Source: Octopus sinensis (taxonomy: Eukaryota). From it: a DNA stretch of 64,000 nt. Numbering within the stretch: the first letter of the stretch is position 1; each line of letters begins with the position of its first letter. The notes under the pieces are model-generated. The model ran no database searches, was not told the DNA's origin, and saw only the letters and a list, made by a program, of their open reading frames with translations. The stretch spans positions 30,318,001 through 30,382,000 of the forward strand of contig NC_043000.1 in the NCBI RefSeq assembly GCF_006345805.1, written 5' to 3'. This document shows, piece by piece, positions 38,623-52,684 of this stretch. A program made the position numbers and the translations under genes.

Positions 38623-39674
38623 TATTCAATAACGTTTGCTTGTCTATTTTGTCCCTCTGCCTTATCTCATGGTACGATGTGAACATTTAACGTGGTTTTT
38701 ATAGTCAGAGTTTCTACTGCTATTTTTAATTGCAAAAATTATTACCTTTGTACGGTATTCTTTCCCATGCTGGCCACTTGATAATATCGATATTTAAATA
38801 TCGATATTGTCCTCATTTATAAATAAATATATATATATATATATATATAGGTATTCGACACAACTTTTGTATAAATGCATATGCATTCTATACAACTTAT
38901 GCATATATATATGTGTGTGCGTGTGTGTGTGTGTGTGTGTGCGTGTGTGTATGCGCGTGTGTACGTGTGTGTGCGTGCATGTGTGCGTGCGCATGTGTAT
39001 CTGTGCGTCTTTGTCCAAACACCGGTGCTTAACAACCGGTGTTGGTAAGGTTACGTTCTCGTTACATAGCGGTTCGTTGAAACAGAACTATAGAACAAGT
39101 ACCGTGTAAATATATATAATATATATATATATTATATATATATATACATACATATACGACTAGCTTGTTTCCATTTCCAATCTAGCAAATCAAGTCGCAA
39201 TAATGTACCTATACACCCACGCCGGCACGAAAACGGCTGCAGCGTACTATGCAAATTAGTGCCACCAACAGAGGAGGATCAAAGCATTTGAGCAACATGG
39301 TGTATTTAATCAATATCAATGATGCAGGATTCTAGCAGGTTACAAGTGCAACGAACACGCAATTCTCCGTATGAAATTTTGGCACTATTGAAACTTCAAC
39401 AAGGAATCAAAATCGAATTAGGCTTAGATAAGTGGTCTCACAGATTTCTGAAGAAGGCTGTTTGAGTGCAACGTGTTAATTCTATTACACTGAAATTGTC
39501 ATCTTTGTCACTTTCATGCCGATATATTTACTGATGTTCAGCAAGAAATGGAAATAGTATTTATATCTAAAATTGCTTATATTAATTTGTAATTTCTTTT
39601 TGTTAATATTTGAGTACAAAATTCTCGCTACGAAAATTACAGCTTACTGTCAAATTTTGTTGTACCTCATGATA

Positions 39675-39891
39675 TTAGGTTGGTACATAATTATTGCGGC
39701 TTTTTAAAATTAATTTTATTCAGCAAATAATTTAAACAAAAACGCCAATTTAAACAAAACGCCAAGCAGAAACTGAAGTAGATGGTGAATATGCTCCGGA
39801 ATAATAATTTAAAGATGCTTTTGCTACATGTTATTGTTTTTGTTGAATTAAATTTACTGAAAAAAGCCGCAATAATTATGCACCAACCTAA
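39675..39891. mobile_element. Mariner-type MITE
   Basis: TIRs TTAGGTTGGTACATAATTATTGCGGCTTTT / AAAAGCCGCAATAATTATGCACCAACCTAA; TA target duplication at 39673-39674 and 39892-39893. Confidence 0.92.
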
Positions 39892-39942
39892 TATTTTTAT
39901 TCGCAGTTTCAATCAAACTATCACTGTATAGTTTTCATCTCA

Positions 39943-40085
<143 letters not shown>

Positions 40086-40099
40086 GCTAAATATCTGCA

Positions 40100-40205
40100 T
40101 TCTTTTCTCGTTTACTTGCTTCAGTCATTCGTCTGCGACCACGCGGTAGAACCGCCTTGTAGAACTTTAGCCGAACGAATAGACCCCAGTACTTTTTTAA
40201 AGCCA
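40100..40205 (-). mobile_element. SINE family A 3' tail
   Basis: TTCAGTCATTCGTCTGCGACC..GAACCGCCTTG..GACCCCAGTACTT. Confidence 0.7.
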
Positions 40206-40239
40206 AGAATAAAATATGGAAGAAAGAAGGGAAAAAGAG

Positions 40240-40715
40240 AAAATGACTGTTATTGCTAAGGGGAATCATACAATAGCTATTTGGAAAAGAAAGACTGTCC
40301 TGGAATAAAGCTAAAGAAACCCACTGTTATTGAAGAACATCAATGAACATCAATGTAACAAATACTGGCGAAACATTCCCATCAAAACATGTCAAATGTA
40401 AACATAATAGGCCGGATATTGTTGTTTGCTTTAGACAATAAAAAGTATGTACCACCTGCTGATGCGAATATCCCTTTGAAATTAAAAGAGAAAGACTATA
40501 ATCATTGATAACTGCTTCGAATCCTTCAGTTTCTATATCTAGAGTATAAATTCACTTTTATATCAATAATGATAATGCACTTGGTTTTGTGAGCAAATGT
40601 TTAAGTTAGAATCCGGAAGAAAAGAAATCGACTAAGAAACTCGCACCTATCAAATACAATCTCTAAGCGGAACAACAAAAATCTGCAAGACTTTTCTAAA
40701 GTTAAAAATGTGACA
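40240..40715 (+). mobile_element. Highly degenerate RLE-endonuclease end of a non-LTR retrotransposon
   Basis: Frameshifted YWRNIPIKT, HNRPDIVV, PADANI..KEKDY and IQSLSGTTKICKTFLKL. Not flanked by (TAA)n. Confidence 0.6.
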
Positions 40716-41655
40716 TTGTTTGTGTTATCTACATTCCATCGATGGAGCTCTGCATTAATATTTAAGAGGGAAAATTTGAATAATTAAAAACAGAACAGAT
40801 CATACATACGCAGACGTACACACACACATACATACCTGCATACCTACCTACCTATCTACCTACCTACCTACCTACCTACCTACATGCCTACCTACCTATC
40901 TACCTACCAACCCACCCACCTATCTACCTATCTACCAGCCTGCCTGCCTGCCTACCTACCTACCTACCTACCTACCTACCTACCTACCTACCTACCAACG
41001 TTAACCATCACAACTAGTATCATTAAATAAAGGATCTAGTTCAAACTAGGACTCAACCATTGAAAAAACATAATTTACTACCGTTAGCTTCATATTATTT
41101 TACAGACTTTTGATTATTATATTTGCATATATTTCATCAGAAGAATTTCCTGAAATATTTTAGGATCAATAAAGAAACTACATAAAGTAACAAAATATAT
41201 TTTCTCTTGGCTTTGATTTCTTGACATCACATTATTTATCTTCACTCACTCCTTACCGGTATTGCTAAAATGGTTTTGAAGCTTTTATTTAATTTATACA
41301 CACAAATACACATAAAACACACAGAGTTAAATATACATGTACGCACACAACCACATGCATGTAAACATAAACATACAAATACACACACAAGCGCACAGGC
41401 GCACATACAATACTCGTCACATCAGTTGCTCACAATGCGCTTTGCGTTGTTTTAGATTTCGAATGATACCACCCCGCAGCCAAGCCCACCACAGAGTTAC
41501 ACATTTACAGCCGAGGGGAGTGGAACAGAGGAAAATGAAGTATTTTGCTCACCTTAGCCACCAGGTCACGTGCCTTCACACACACACACACACACACACA
41601 CATAAACACACACACACACATACACACACACACACGCAAACATAAACACACACGC

Positions 41656-42024
41656 GGGTGGAACTCCGTCGGTTACGATGACGAGGGTTCAGTTGCTCCG
41701 ATCAACGGGACAGCCTGCTCGTAAAATTAACGTGCAAATGGCTGAGTACTCCACAGACATATGAACCCTTAACGTAGTTCTAGGGAAGATTCAGCCTGAC
41801 ACAGTGTGTGACAAGACTGGCCCTTTGAAATACAGGTACAACAGAAACAGGAAGAAAGAGTGAGAGTTGTGGTGAACGAGTACAGCAGGGTTCGCCATCA
41901 CCCCCTGCTGGAGCCTCGTATTTTAGGTATTTTTGCTCAATAAACACTCACAACGCCCGGTCTGGGAATCGAAACTGCGACCCTACGACAGCCAGTCACT
42001 GTTCTAACCACTGGGCCATTGCGC

Positions 42025-42026
<2 letters not shown>
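41656..42026 (-). mobile_element. tRNA-derived SINE family B
   Basis: Reverse complement of 43393-43773 (AGGCGCAATGGCCCAGTGGTTAG head; GGTTTCGATTCC B-box). Confidence 0.9.
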
Positions 42027-42087
<61 letters not shown>

Positions 42088-42089
<2 letters not shown>

Positions 42090-42274
42090 GGACGCCATGA
42101 TAGATCGCTAGCTCCTACACGCATTTTTTTCTCTCCTTGTTTTTTTGTGTGTATCTTTCTGCCGAAGAGTAGGCTCGAAACGTAAAAGACTTTCTCACTT
42201 CCCGAGCGTTAAACTAATACATCTGTTTCTTGTTTACACACCGCTTTCGACTTTTGTTTTTTTTTTGTAAATTC

Positions 42275-42280
<6 letters not shown>
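42088..42280 (+). mobile_element. Family F element with hammerhead-like motif
   Basis: UCUUU-CUGCCGA-A-GAG(UAGG)CUC-GAAA-CGUA-AAAGA at 42154-42189; ends in (TA)n. Confidence 0.8.
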
Positions 42281-42333
<53 letters not shown>

Positions 42334-43392
42334 GTATATATTGTATATGTATATACTATAGTATTATTGAAATACAGACAGTACATATGGTATTTTATGT
42401 TGCATCAAACATACGTTCCAGTAAATTAAGCAGTTAGTATTACATCACTGCTTCCGGAAACATTATGTAATGGCATCAAATCACCTCTTTAGTGAGATGT
42501 GTATTAATATGCTTCTATGTTTGCTTGTTTGCGGAAAATACCAATTATTGACGATTGACGTCATTTGCTTTTATCACGTCCTTCGACGGCAATGATAATG
42601 AAAAAGAAGTTCTACCTATAGTATTTTCTCTATGTTGTGGATGGACCTGTAGACAAGCCTCAATGTTACTGATCTACCATCGTGTGAAAGGCAGGTTTCA
42701 TACAGAAATACATCGGTGCCTTTTGTTTATTGTCTAAAATGATGGACTATTTTTCTGCTACAACAAAATATTTTCAATTGGTCTTCAGCAGCATGATGGT
42801 GAGATCTGATATTTTTGGGAACTGTTGAGTCCCTTATGTGTTTTGTTAGAGGTTCGAGGTGCTCTGTAAGGAACACAGTGGTCTCGATCATTCGATATAT
42901 AATTTCATTGGTTTACTAAATGAATTGTTATTTTTGCGTGAGTGTGGTTACTTCTCTATGGGCGTAGAGCAACCTTTGACTTGTGTTGTTAGAGTTTCCG
43001 ATTATATACGGCGTATATAGTATAAAGTTGGCCACAGTGATCTACGTAGAGGGACTCATATAAAATGGATTTAATCATGTAAATATTGCTCATACATTTA
43101 CACCTATACAATTACACACACTCACGCAGACGCTTAAATATGTATTTTTAATTTTTGGAAAGGTGGATCACAAATCACAGAATATTATGTATATCATGTT
43201 GTGAACCCATGTGTTCAGAAAAAATTTGAAGGCTGTGTGTAGGACTCGAAGTACATATCCTGTAAACGCGACAGACGTCTCTAACATTGTGCCTAAGCAA
43301 TCCTTCTTATTTCTAGATCCTTCTATCCTTTTGACATCAACATAAATGTGTGTGTGTGTTTGGGCATTTGTGTGTGTGTATGCATGAAAGGT

Positions 43393-43773
43393 GGATGCGC
43401 AATGGCCCAGTGGTTAGGGCAGCGGACTCGCGTCATAGGATCGCGGTTTCGATTCCCAGACCGGGCGTTGTGAGTGTTTATTGAGCGAAAACACCTAAAA
43501 GCTCCACGAGGCTCCGGCAGGGGATGGTGGTGATCCCTGCTGTACTCTTTCACCACAACTTTCTCTCACTCTTTCTTCCTGTTTCTGTTGTACCTGTATT
43601 TCAAGGGGCCGGCCTTATCACTCTCTGTGTCACGCTGAATATCCCCGAGAACTACGTTAAGGGTGCACATGTCTGTGGAGTGCTCAGCCACTTACACGTT
43701 AATTCCACGAGCAGGCTGTTCCGTTGATTCGGATCAACCGGAACCCTCATCGTCGTAAGTGACGGAGTGCTTC
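43393..43773 (+). mobile_element. tRNA-derived SINE family B, full length
   Basis: A box TGGCCCAGTGG, B box GGTTTCGATTCC; collinear with 49913-50284. Confidence 0.92.
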
Positions 43774-44599
43774 CCGTATGCATGAAAGTATGTATGCATG
43801 TGTAAGTTAATTCGCATGGATACATAGTTATAGAGATAATAGAGGAGATACTTAAGCCTTCTGCTTCATTCAGTGTGGTTTTTATCGAATCTATCAACAA
43901 AATTGATTAGAAAGACACTCTTAGAAAATAAATATTTAAGTATTTCTAAAGGCTTCTAACAAGCCTTGCGAAATAGTTAAGCATATCTTTTCTAAGGGTG
44001 TCTTACATATGTATGTATATATGTATGTATGTATGTATCTATGTATGTATGTATGAATGCATGCATGCATGTATGTGCGTATGTATGTATATATATATGT
44101 ATATATATGTATGTATGTGGGTATGTACGTATTCATGCATCCATGTATGTATGTATGTATATATATATATATATATATGTGCAGATTTGTACATTTTGCC
44201 TTATGTGTGTATTCTCATGCATAGAGTTGCATATGTAGACATGCTCAAATATATTTTAAGTGATAAACTTCTGGAAAGTTTTACAGGTTTTTACATTTCC
44301 ATTGATGGATTGGATCTGTAGTTTTCGAATCAGTTTCCTTTTTTCCGGTTTTGAGAAGCCTAATTTCTTAAGATTGGTATTTAGGCAGTGTACTACATAT
44401 CCCATGTATGTATGTATGTATGTATGTATGTATGTATGTATGTATGTATGTATGTATGTATGTATGTATGAATGTATGTATGAATGTATTTATCTATGTA
44501 TGTATATATGTATGTATGTATGTATGCATGCATGTATGTATGCATGCATATATGTATGTATGTACGTACGTATGTATGTATGTATGCATCTTATATCTT

Positions 44600-44895
44600 T
44601 TACTCCTTTCAGTTGTCAAGTGGTGGAGGGTACAAACACAGATACATACACATAAACACACACCGAACACGCGCACGCACGCACCACACACATGCAAACC
44701 ACACACACATGAACATCACACACACACACACACACTTACACACACACTCAGGCACATGCAGTTTCGTCGATCAGACTAACCCCCAAAACTTTAGTCGGCA
44801 GGAGGCTATTGCTCAAGACATTTGGCCATGATGTCATGCAGTGGGACCGAACCCGAAACTATGTCGTTGGGAAGCAAACCTCTTACCACAAACCT
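44600..44895 (-). mobile_element. SINE family A, diverged
   Basis: GTTGTCAAGTGGTGG..GCAGTGGGACCGAACCCGAAAC..GGGAAGCAAACCTCTTACCAC. Confidence 0.65.
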
Positions 44896-45079
44896 CTTAA
44901 TCTTGCCTTTTGGTCCTAGCTGCTAATAAAACATCCTTTTTAATTTGCATGGGTATATATATATATATCTATATATATATATACATAAAGAAGCATTGGT
45001 TATAGAATTTCTATTAGAACAGACAAATATTATTTCTTATTGTATATATACACGTGAATATATATATATATATATACAC

Positions 45080-45142
<63 letters not shown>

Positions 45143-45228
45143 ACACTTGTATATATAGATATATTTATATATATATATATATAATATATATACATACATA
45201 CATATATATATATATATACATACATATA

Positions 45229-45344
45229 TTGGCCTGCTCGCTTAGCCAGCGGGGTGGCGTCATTTGAAGGCTAAAACAATGCGAAGCGTATTGTGACCAG
45301 CAATGTGTAGCAACACCTGATAGCCTGATGGGTCACGGGATCAC
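45229..45344 (+). mobile_element. Stand-alone 3' module shared with 61051-61169
   Basis: TTGGCCTGCTCGCTTAGCCAGCGGGGTGGCGTCATT..GGTCACG; embedded in (TA)n-rich DNA. Confidence 0.75.
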
Positions 45345-45444
45345 ACATACCTTTATATACATGAGTATATATATATATACATGTATGTGTGTATGTGTGA
45401 CGTATACGTGCTTGTGGATATGTATATATGTGGGTGCTTGTGCG

Positions 45445-45492
<48 letters not shown>

Positions 45493-45910
45493 GTGTGTGT
45501 GTGTGTGTGTGTGCGTGTGTGTGTGTAGAATATGGTTTCAAAATTTGGCAGAAGGCCAGTATCTTCCGAAGGAAGGGGTTAGTCGATTAAAACGCCCCCC
45601 AGCGCTCATTTGCCTCCTATTTCATATGTGCTTGCTTGCCTTCAGATCCCGCCTCATATCGTGAGAAGATAATTACCTCCCTTTGAAATGACCTCCTCGC
45701 GTGTGTATAAATACCGTAATTTATTTAAAAACTTAAAGAATAACAAAATCAGATTCCATAAAACTACTCGTCGACAATTTCTTGATAATGACGCAAGAAT
45801 AATGATTCGGCATCTTTTCATAATTTGACAATTTAAACGGAGATTGTTGAAGTAAATACAATCAGCAATGAGTCAACTTTTGTAAGTGTCAATGGAGGTA
45901 TTTATGAGAA

Positions 45911-45937
45911 GGAATAATAATAATAATAATAATAATA

Positions 45938-46028
<91 letters not shown>

Positions 46029-46314
46029 AAGAAGAAGAAGAAGGAGGAGGAGGAGGAGGAGGGGGAGGAGAAGGGAAGTGTTTATAAATAATTATGTTGG
46101 TATTGAGAAATAAATGGTTATTTGTGTAGAGTTTTTAATTGGATTATAAACGTCATGCAACAATATTCCGATGAAGATAATTTATAGTGAGGGTGGGGTG
46201 GGGTGGGATTGGATGTTGATGAAAAGGATGATTTGGACGATAATGATAACGACAAATGTTACTACAACCACAACAAAGAAATGAGAACAAAAGGAGAGAG
46301 AAGGAGAACGATTC

Positions 46315-46358
<44 letters not shown>

Positions 46359-47031
46359 GGGATGATGGTGATAATGATGGTAATAATGATGGCGAGAATG
46401 GTGATGATGATGAGGAGGAGGAGGAGGAGGGGGATGGTGATTATGATGATTATAATGATGGTGAGGATGATAATGATAGTTATGATGGTGTTGGTGATGT
46501 TGGTGATGATGGTGATGGTGGTTGTGGTGGAAGCGGTGGTGGTTCTGGTGGTAGTGGTGGTGGGGTCGGTGAAGAAACTACTAAGAACAACTGTTACAAC
46601 AACAAAAACAACAAGAGTAAGCAGAGAAAAAAGAACAATAGGAAGAAGAAAAAGAATTTCGAACATGATGATAGCGATGATGATGATGATTGATGATGAT
46701 GATGGGGATGATGGTGATAATGATGGTAATAATGATGGCGAGAATGGTGATGATGATGAGGAGGAGGAGGAGGGGGATGGTGATTATGATGATTATAATG
46801 ATGGTGAGGATGATAATGATAGTTATGATGGTGTTGGTGATGTTGGTGATGATGGTGATGGTGGTTGTGGTGGAAGCGGTGGTGGTTCTGGTGGTAGTGG
46901 TGGTGGGGTCGGTGAAGAAACTACTAAGAACAACTGTTACAACAACAAAAACAACAAGAGTAAGCAGAGAAAAAAGAACAATAGGAAGAAGAAAAAGAAT
47001 TTCGAACATGATGATAGCGATGATGATGATT

Positions 47032-47083
<52 letters not shown>

Positions 47084-47570
47084 CGACGACGATGACGGCG
47101 GCGGCGACGATGATTACAACTGATATAAGCTGAAGAAGAATGTTGAAGATTGTGATGATAACCATGACGGTGATGACGACGACAATGACGATTATAATGA
47201 CGCAGCTGCTGCTGATGATGATGATGGTAATGATGATGATGATGATGATGATAATGATGATCATGATCATGATCATGATGGTGGTGGTGCTTTTATAGTG
47301 AAATGTCACAAATGTCACTAAGACAAAAGAAAAAGGAAAAAAGAACAAGTAAAAAGACGAAGAACAATAGAACAGAACCGTGATGGTTATGATAACGACA
47401 TCTATTATCAGAAGTTGATGATGAAAAGACTTGATGATGACGATGACGACGATGACCGTGATAATAATTGTGAGGAGGAGGAGGATGGTGCTGGTGATGG
47501 TGCTGGAGGTGAGGAATGATGATGTTGGTGATTATAAACATTACAATAATCATAATCAATGATGCAAGAC
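45911..47570. repeat. Compound trinucleotide region ((AAT)n, (AGA)n, (GGA)n, (GAT)n) with an internal 343-346-bp tandem duplication
   Basis: Unit landmarks GGGG at 46358 / 46704 and GAACATG at 46661 / 47004. Confidence 0.9.
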
Positions 47571-47614
47571 ATATGTTCCGTGTGATGTTTTTAGTACAGT
47601 ATTTGACAAATAAA

Positions 47615-48006
47615 TCTCTATGTATATAAAGCTGAAGTTGTCTGTGTATGGCAGGTTTGGTAGCTTTCAACTAACACCATCTCCTCCGAGACCCTGCGGC
47701 GCAAGTTGACCAAAATTGAGAGAATGATAGAGAAAAGCTTGTTCTTCCTTCCGTAGAAGAAAAAATTTAAATCGGACCATATTAACACCAAAAATTATTT
47801 ACAGCAAAAAGGTGTTTTTGTCTATGAAAATCCCTATTTTTTACGATTTTTTTACTGATGTGTCGCCATTTTTCGGTGTATTTCAACCACAAAAAATGTT
47901 CACTTAAAGAGAATAACAAGCTACATAATGCAAAATTTTTACTTTTCAAAAATTTCAATTCTAAAGGGTCGAAACAAACCCGAGCAACGCCGGGCGATAC
48001 TGCTAG
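47615..48006 (+). mobile_element. Non-autonomous Helitron
   Basis: A|TC start, subterminal GC hairpin CCCGAGCAACGCCGGG at 47979-47994, CTAG|T end, no TSD. Second copy at 18172-18544. Confidence 0.85.
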
Positions 48007-48364
48007 TATATTATATTTTTACACTATAATTTCTTTAATCGTTATGTACTGAGATCGATATCATCGACTAACCATTGACCTTTAAAATTGCTGACCTTGT
48101 ATCAACATTTCAAACATTATCACTAAAAGTTTTAAATGCTATATTTTTTCACCACGTATTTTTTCGTGTGGTTTGGTGCCAACGAGTCTACTCGTATTTC
48201 ATTAATCGTTCTTAGGATTCTTGCAGAATGCATGATTATACTTTTTTGCGAATCTCAATTCCCTTATCTCTCAGTCTCTTGGGTAGCAGTTTAGTTCTGG
48301 TGCCAAACGGACCAATTGCTACTGGAATATTTGTCGTCCTTTCTTCAAGTAACTTTTCTGCTAC

Positions 48365-48741
48365 TTTTCTTTTAATTGTTCAGTCATTTGAATGCGGCTA
48401 TGCTGGAGCACCGCTTTTAGTCGAGCATATCGACCACAGGACTTATTCTTTGTAAGCCTAGTACTTATTCTATTGGTCGTTTTTGCCAAACATTATCGTC
48501 CAATGTTACGCGGACATAAACATACCAAAATCGCCTATCAAGTGATGGTGGAGAGACAAACAGACACATAAACACACACACACATACATATATACGACGG
48601 GCTTCTTTCAGTTTCCGTCTAGCAAATCAACTCACAAGGCTTTGATCGGCCCGAGGCTATTGTAGAAGACACTTGCCCAAGGTGCCACGAAGTGGGACTG
48701 GACCCAGAACCATGTGGTTGGTAAGCAATATACTTACCATC
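48365..48741 (-). mobile_element. SINE family A, near full length
   Basis: Collinear with 27208-27601. Confidence 0.88.
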
Positions 48742-49871
48742 ATTAAAGGGCTTTGGTATCAGTTCTGTAATCATATAGAATTGCAAATTCTGTGACATGA
48801 TTTTGTCGTCTGTAGTCATGTCTCATCTTTGCTAACATGCCAATGTTCTCTTTTGCTTATATAGTAATGACTGTATTTATATTCTTTTTATGCTAGCTTC
48901 TGTCATTGTTGATGTTCTTGCCGTTATTACCATTATGGTCGCAGTTCTTGTTATATCTGTCTTCACTGTCATCAACATCATCATCTTTTCTTACTTTATT
49001 TTTTAGCTTTTGTAAATGCTACATTTTATTTCCTTGATATTAAATAACAAAATATGCATATAAAATGATAAACAGTGGATTAGTTCTGCAAAACAAAAAC
49101 ACACGCATTAATCACCTAAAGATTATGATAATACCTGAATATATGATACAGCAGAAAACAAACGAAATCTCTTACGATTATTGACAATTTTCATTGGATA
49201 ATATTTGTTATGCAGAACTAAACATATGATACTTGACTTCGTATTTCCCAGCTGGAATTTTCTCATGCATTTTTGCCATGTAAAACTTCTTCGTTGGTTG
49301 GCAATCACAATGCACTTGTTCAAGATGCTCATAAATCCTACCACCTCCATATCGGACATCATCACAGTAAGTAATATCTCATCTATATATATATGTGTTT
49401 GTAACCGTTATGCTCTGAAAGGAGGGGGCGTCGTAGGCTGTACCGAGAAACAATACAAGCCTTGCTATGCAAAAGAACTCTTGATTTCTACTATATTCGG
49501 TTCAATCTTATATCATGGTCGGTTGTCTTTCTTTATGAAATAGGAACCAAAGCAGCATCTAATTCCACACCAAGGGTAAGTACGTGTGAATTGTTGGCGA
49601 TTTTTTGCCTCCGTCTTCCTTTTCTCTTGGACTTTCCTCTCTCTCTCCTGTTTCTCAAGAAAAGCGTTGTTTGAAACGTAAATCTAACTTTCTTACCTTC
49701 TCTGAGCATCTGTTAATACTTTGCATGTACCACGTCCTTGCGTTGCTGTTTTTCTCTTCGTTTGTTTTTATTAAATATATATGTGTGTGTGTGTGTATGT
49801 GTGTATGTGTGTGTGGTGTGTATATATATATAATGTGTGTGTGTAAATATATGTGTGTATGTGTGTGTGTG

Positions 49872-49912
<41 letters not shown>

Positions 49913-49913
<1 letters not shown>

Positions 49914-50284
49914 GAGGCGCAATGACGCAGTGGTTAGGGCAGCGGACTCGCGATCGTTAGATCGCAGTTTCGATTCCCATACCGAGCGTAGTAAGTGTTT
50001 ATTGAGCGAAAATACCTAAAGCTCCACGAGGATCTGGTGGGGAGGGCTGGTAGCGAACCCTGCTGTATTCTCTCACCATAACTTTCTCTCACTCTCTCGT
50101 CCTCTTTCTGTTGTACCTGTATTTCAAAGGGCCAGCCTTGTCACGCTGAATCTCTCCCGAGAACTACGTTAAGGGTACACGTGTCTGTGGAGTGCTCAAC
50201 CACTTACACTTTAATTTCACGAGCAGGCTGTTGCGCTGATCGGATCAACTGGAACCCTCGTCGTCGTAACTGACAGAGTGCCAC
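49913..50284 (+). mobile_element. tRNA-derived SINE family B, full length
   Basis: Collinear with 43393-43773. Confidence 0.9.
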
Positions 50285-50919
50285 GATGACGATATAGCAA
50301 AGTAATCAAAATGATAAAAATATATTATCAAATTTATGATTGCGTATGGATTTCGGAATAGATTAGTTGCTAATTGGAGAAAAACTATCGATCTTACGCG
50401 CAATTACGATATATGGTTATATATACGTATGCGTGTATATGCGTGCGTGTGTGAGTGCGTGTGTGCGTCTTTATGTATATATAGATATATAAATATATAA
50501 ATGTGTGTTTCTATTAGTGTATATATAAATATATATATATGTGTGTGTGTGTGTGTGTCCGTGTATGTGTGTGTGTTTGTGTGTATGTGTGTTTGTTTGT
50601 CTGTGTGTGCGTGTATATATATATTATATATATATATACGCACACACACACACCGTAGAGAAATTAATAATTCAAAATACCACTGCATGCGTTTTAACAG
50701 CGTGATATATCCAAAATACGAATGCATTATATATCTTAAGAAATGGTTCGTAAATTCGTACTGTTACCTATAAGCTCGAATATTTATGGTGAAAATACAT
50801 ACGCACAAAACACAGATACAAGACACACACACACACAGAAACACACACATACGCAGACACACGCACTATTTCTCTCTCTCCCTCACATACATAATATATA
50901 TCTAAAATAGATATCAAAA

Positions 50920-52030
50920 GATCATACTTCTCATCCTGGAAAATAACTACTTCGCCTTCAAAGACAACTTCTATCGACAAAAATCGGGGACTGCGATGGG
51001 TACGCAAATGGCCTCCTCCTTTGCTAACTTAGTCATGGGATATCTAGAAATTAGTCTTTGTCGTAAGCTCCTAGAAAGTACGGTAGCCATTTCTCCCTCT
51101 ACATAGAAAACAACTGGAAGAGATACCTAGATGACTGTTTCATTCTTTGGCATAAAAATATAGAGAAACTTAAAGAATTCCAAGCACTTTTAAATGGACT
51201 TGACGTAAACATTCAATTCGCGATGGAATATAGCCAGCAACAACTTCCTTCCTCGACATCCTCATTAAGAAATGTAATAGAAATAGATATATACTATAAG
51301 CCTACGGATTCCAAGCAATATCTACCGTTCAACTCATGCCACCCCAGACACACCAGAATGAATAGCCCCTACAACCTAACAAAAATTAAAGAAAAATTCA
51401 CAACCAAACCCCTACCATACATCTCCACACATAACCCTCTCAACAACGAAGCCTCCGACACCATCCTCAAAAAAAAGAACCACAGAATGAACTTAATCCT
51501 CCAAACACACACCATCATAAAAAACAAGAGACAGCCTAAATCTATGAAAAGTCACCTAACACAAGCCCGAATACGCTCAACAACAGAGAAACCGTCAATA
51601 AAAAAATGCGGAAGACCCAACTGTGGGATATGCGACCATTTAATTGAGGGATCAGAGTTCTCCTTTAAACAGGGACAACGTTTCACAGTGAAAAGCAACT
51701 TCACATATGCTTCGGAGAACCTGATATACGCACTAACCTGCTCTGGGTGGAAAGAGTTATACATAGGCCAAACAAAAAAGTCTACGTAAAAGAATGGCTC
51801 TGCACAGATCCCTGATAAAAATTCCCCAAAACAGAAAAATAGCATTCACATAGACATTTGCGCCAATAACAATAATCCAAGCTTCAGAATTTTTTCCCTC
51901 TACCAATTCAGGGACGATACAACCTGGAGCCAACGAATTAGTAAAGAGACTCTCTTTATTACAAAATACAGACCCCTTTTGAACGCGTCTACGAAAAACG
52001 ACATGTCCGCCTCGGCCTTAGAATAACACA
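50920..52030 (+). mobile_element. Degenerate Penelope-like element (Neptune-like; RT + Cys-rich linker + GIY-YIG)
   Basis: NYFAFKDNFYRQKSGTAMGTQMASSFANL, WKRYLDDCFILW, IYYKPTDSKQYLPFNSCHP, KKCGRPNCGICDHL and NLIYALTCSGWKELYIGQT. Internal deletion and frameshifts. Confidence 0.9.
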
Positions 52031-52518
52031 AATACACACGAAAATATTAAAAATGATACACTCTAGAGATTCCCAAGAATTTATTAAAAAGCAGTCTCAA
52101 TCACTACTATAATCCATAACATGCCAATTTTAAGTCATTTGAACATTTAACACCTTACTACTTTCACACTTCTTACATTCCTTCTTATTCTCCCTTCTAC
52201 TTCTTATTCTTTTTCTTCTTTTTATTCTTCTTCTTCTTCTTCTTCTTCTTTTTCTTCTTCTTCTTCTTCTCTCCTACCAAGAATTCACACCGACCTCGAA
52301 CCCACAAGAGTAAACAAGAGAGACACAGACAGGCAGAAACAAGGAAAATGCCACTTGTATTTGAACACTATACAAATATTCTTTTAAAAAAACTTTTTAA
52401 TTTTTTCTAAATTCAATTGTTTTCCATACTTAAAGTTGAAAAACTCTCAATGACTGAAACCGGTACTGAAATGTTTTTTATAAAATTATTTTAGCATTTT
52501 CTATCTTGACTTTTTTCC

Positions 52519-52564
<46 letters not shown>

Positions 52565-52630
52565 TGGTGTGTGTGTATGTATGTATGTATGTATGTATGT
52601 ATGTATGTATGTATGTATGTATGTTTGTAT

Positions 52631-52674
<44 letters not shown>

Positions 52675-52684
<10 letters not shown>

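Noticed and set aside
42445-42565. ETS-like CTTCCGGAA and perfect CRE TGACGTCA (42556-42563) as a promoter
   Set aside because: Short motifs are expected by chance in 64 kb, and no linked transcript start or gene is identifiable.
46203-47348. Long ORFs (145-306 aa), including an acidic/Gly/Lys-rich NLS-like peptide
   Set aside because: Several frames on both strands are open because the DNA is drifting trinucleotide repeat; there are no splice or codon-level signs of a gene.
52420-52475. GAAAC-CG-GTA-CTGAAA downstream of the Neptune-like PLE
   Set aside because: The position suits a pLTR hammerhead, but no recognisable core or stem II remains; too degenerate to call.
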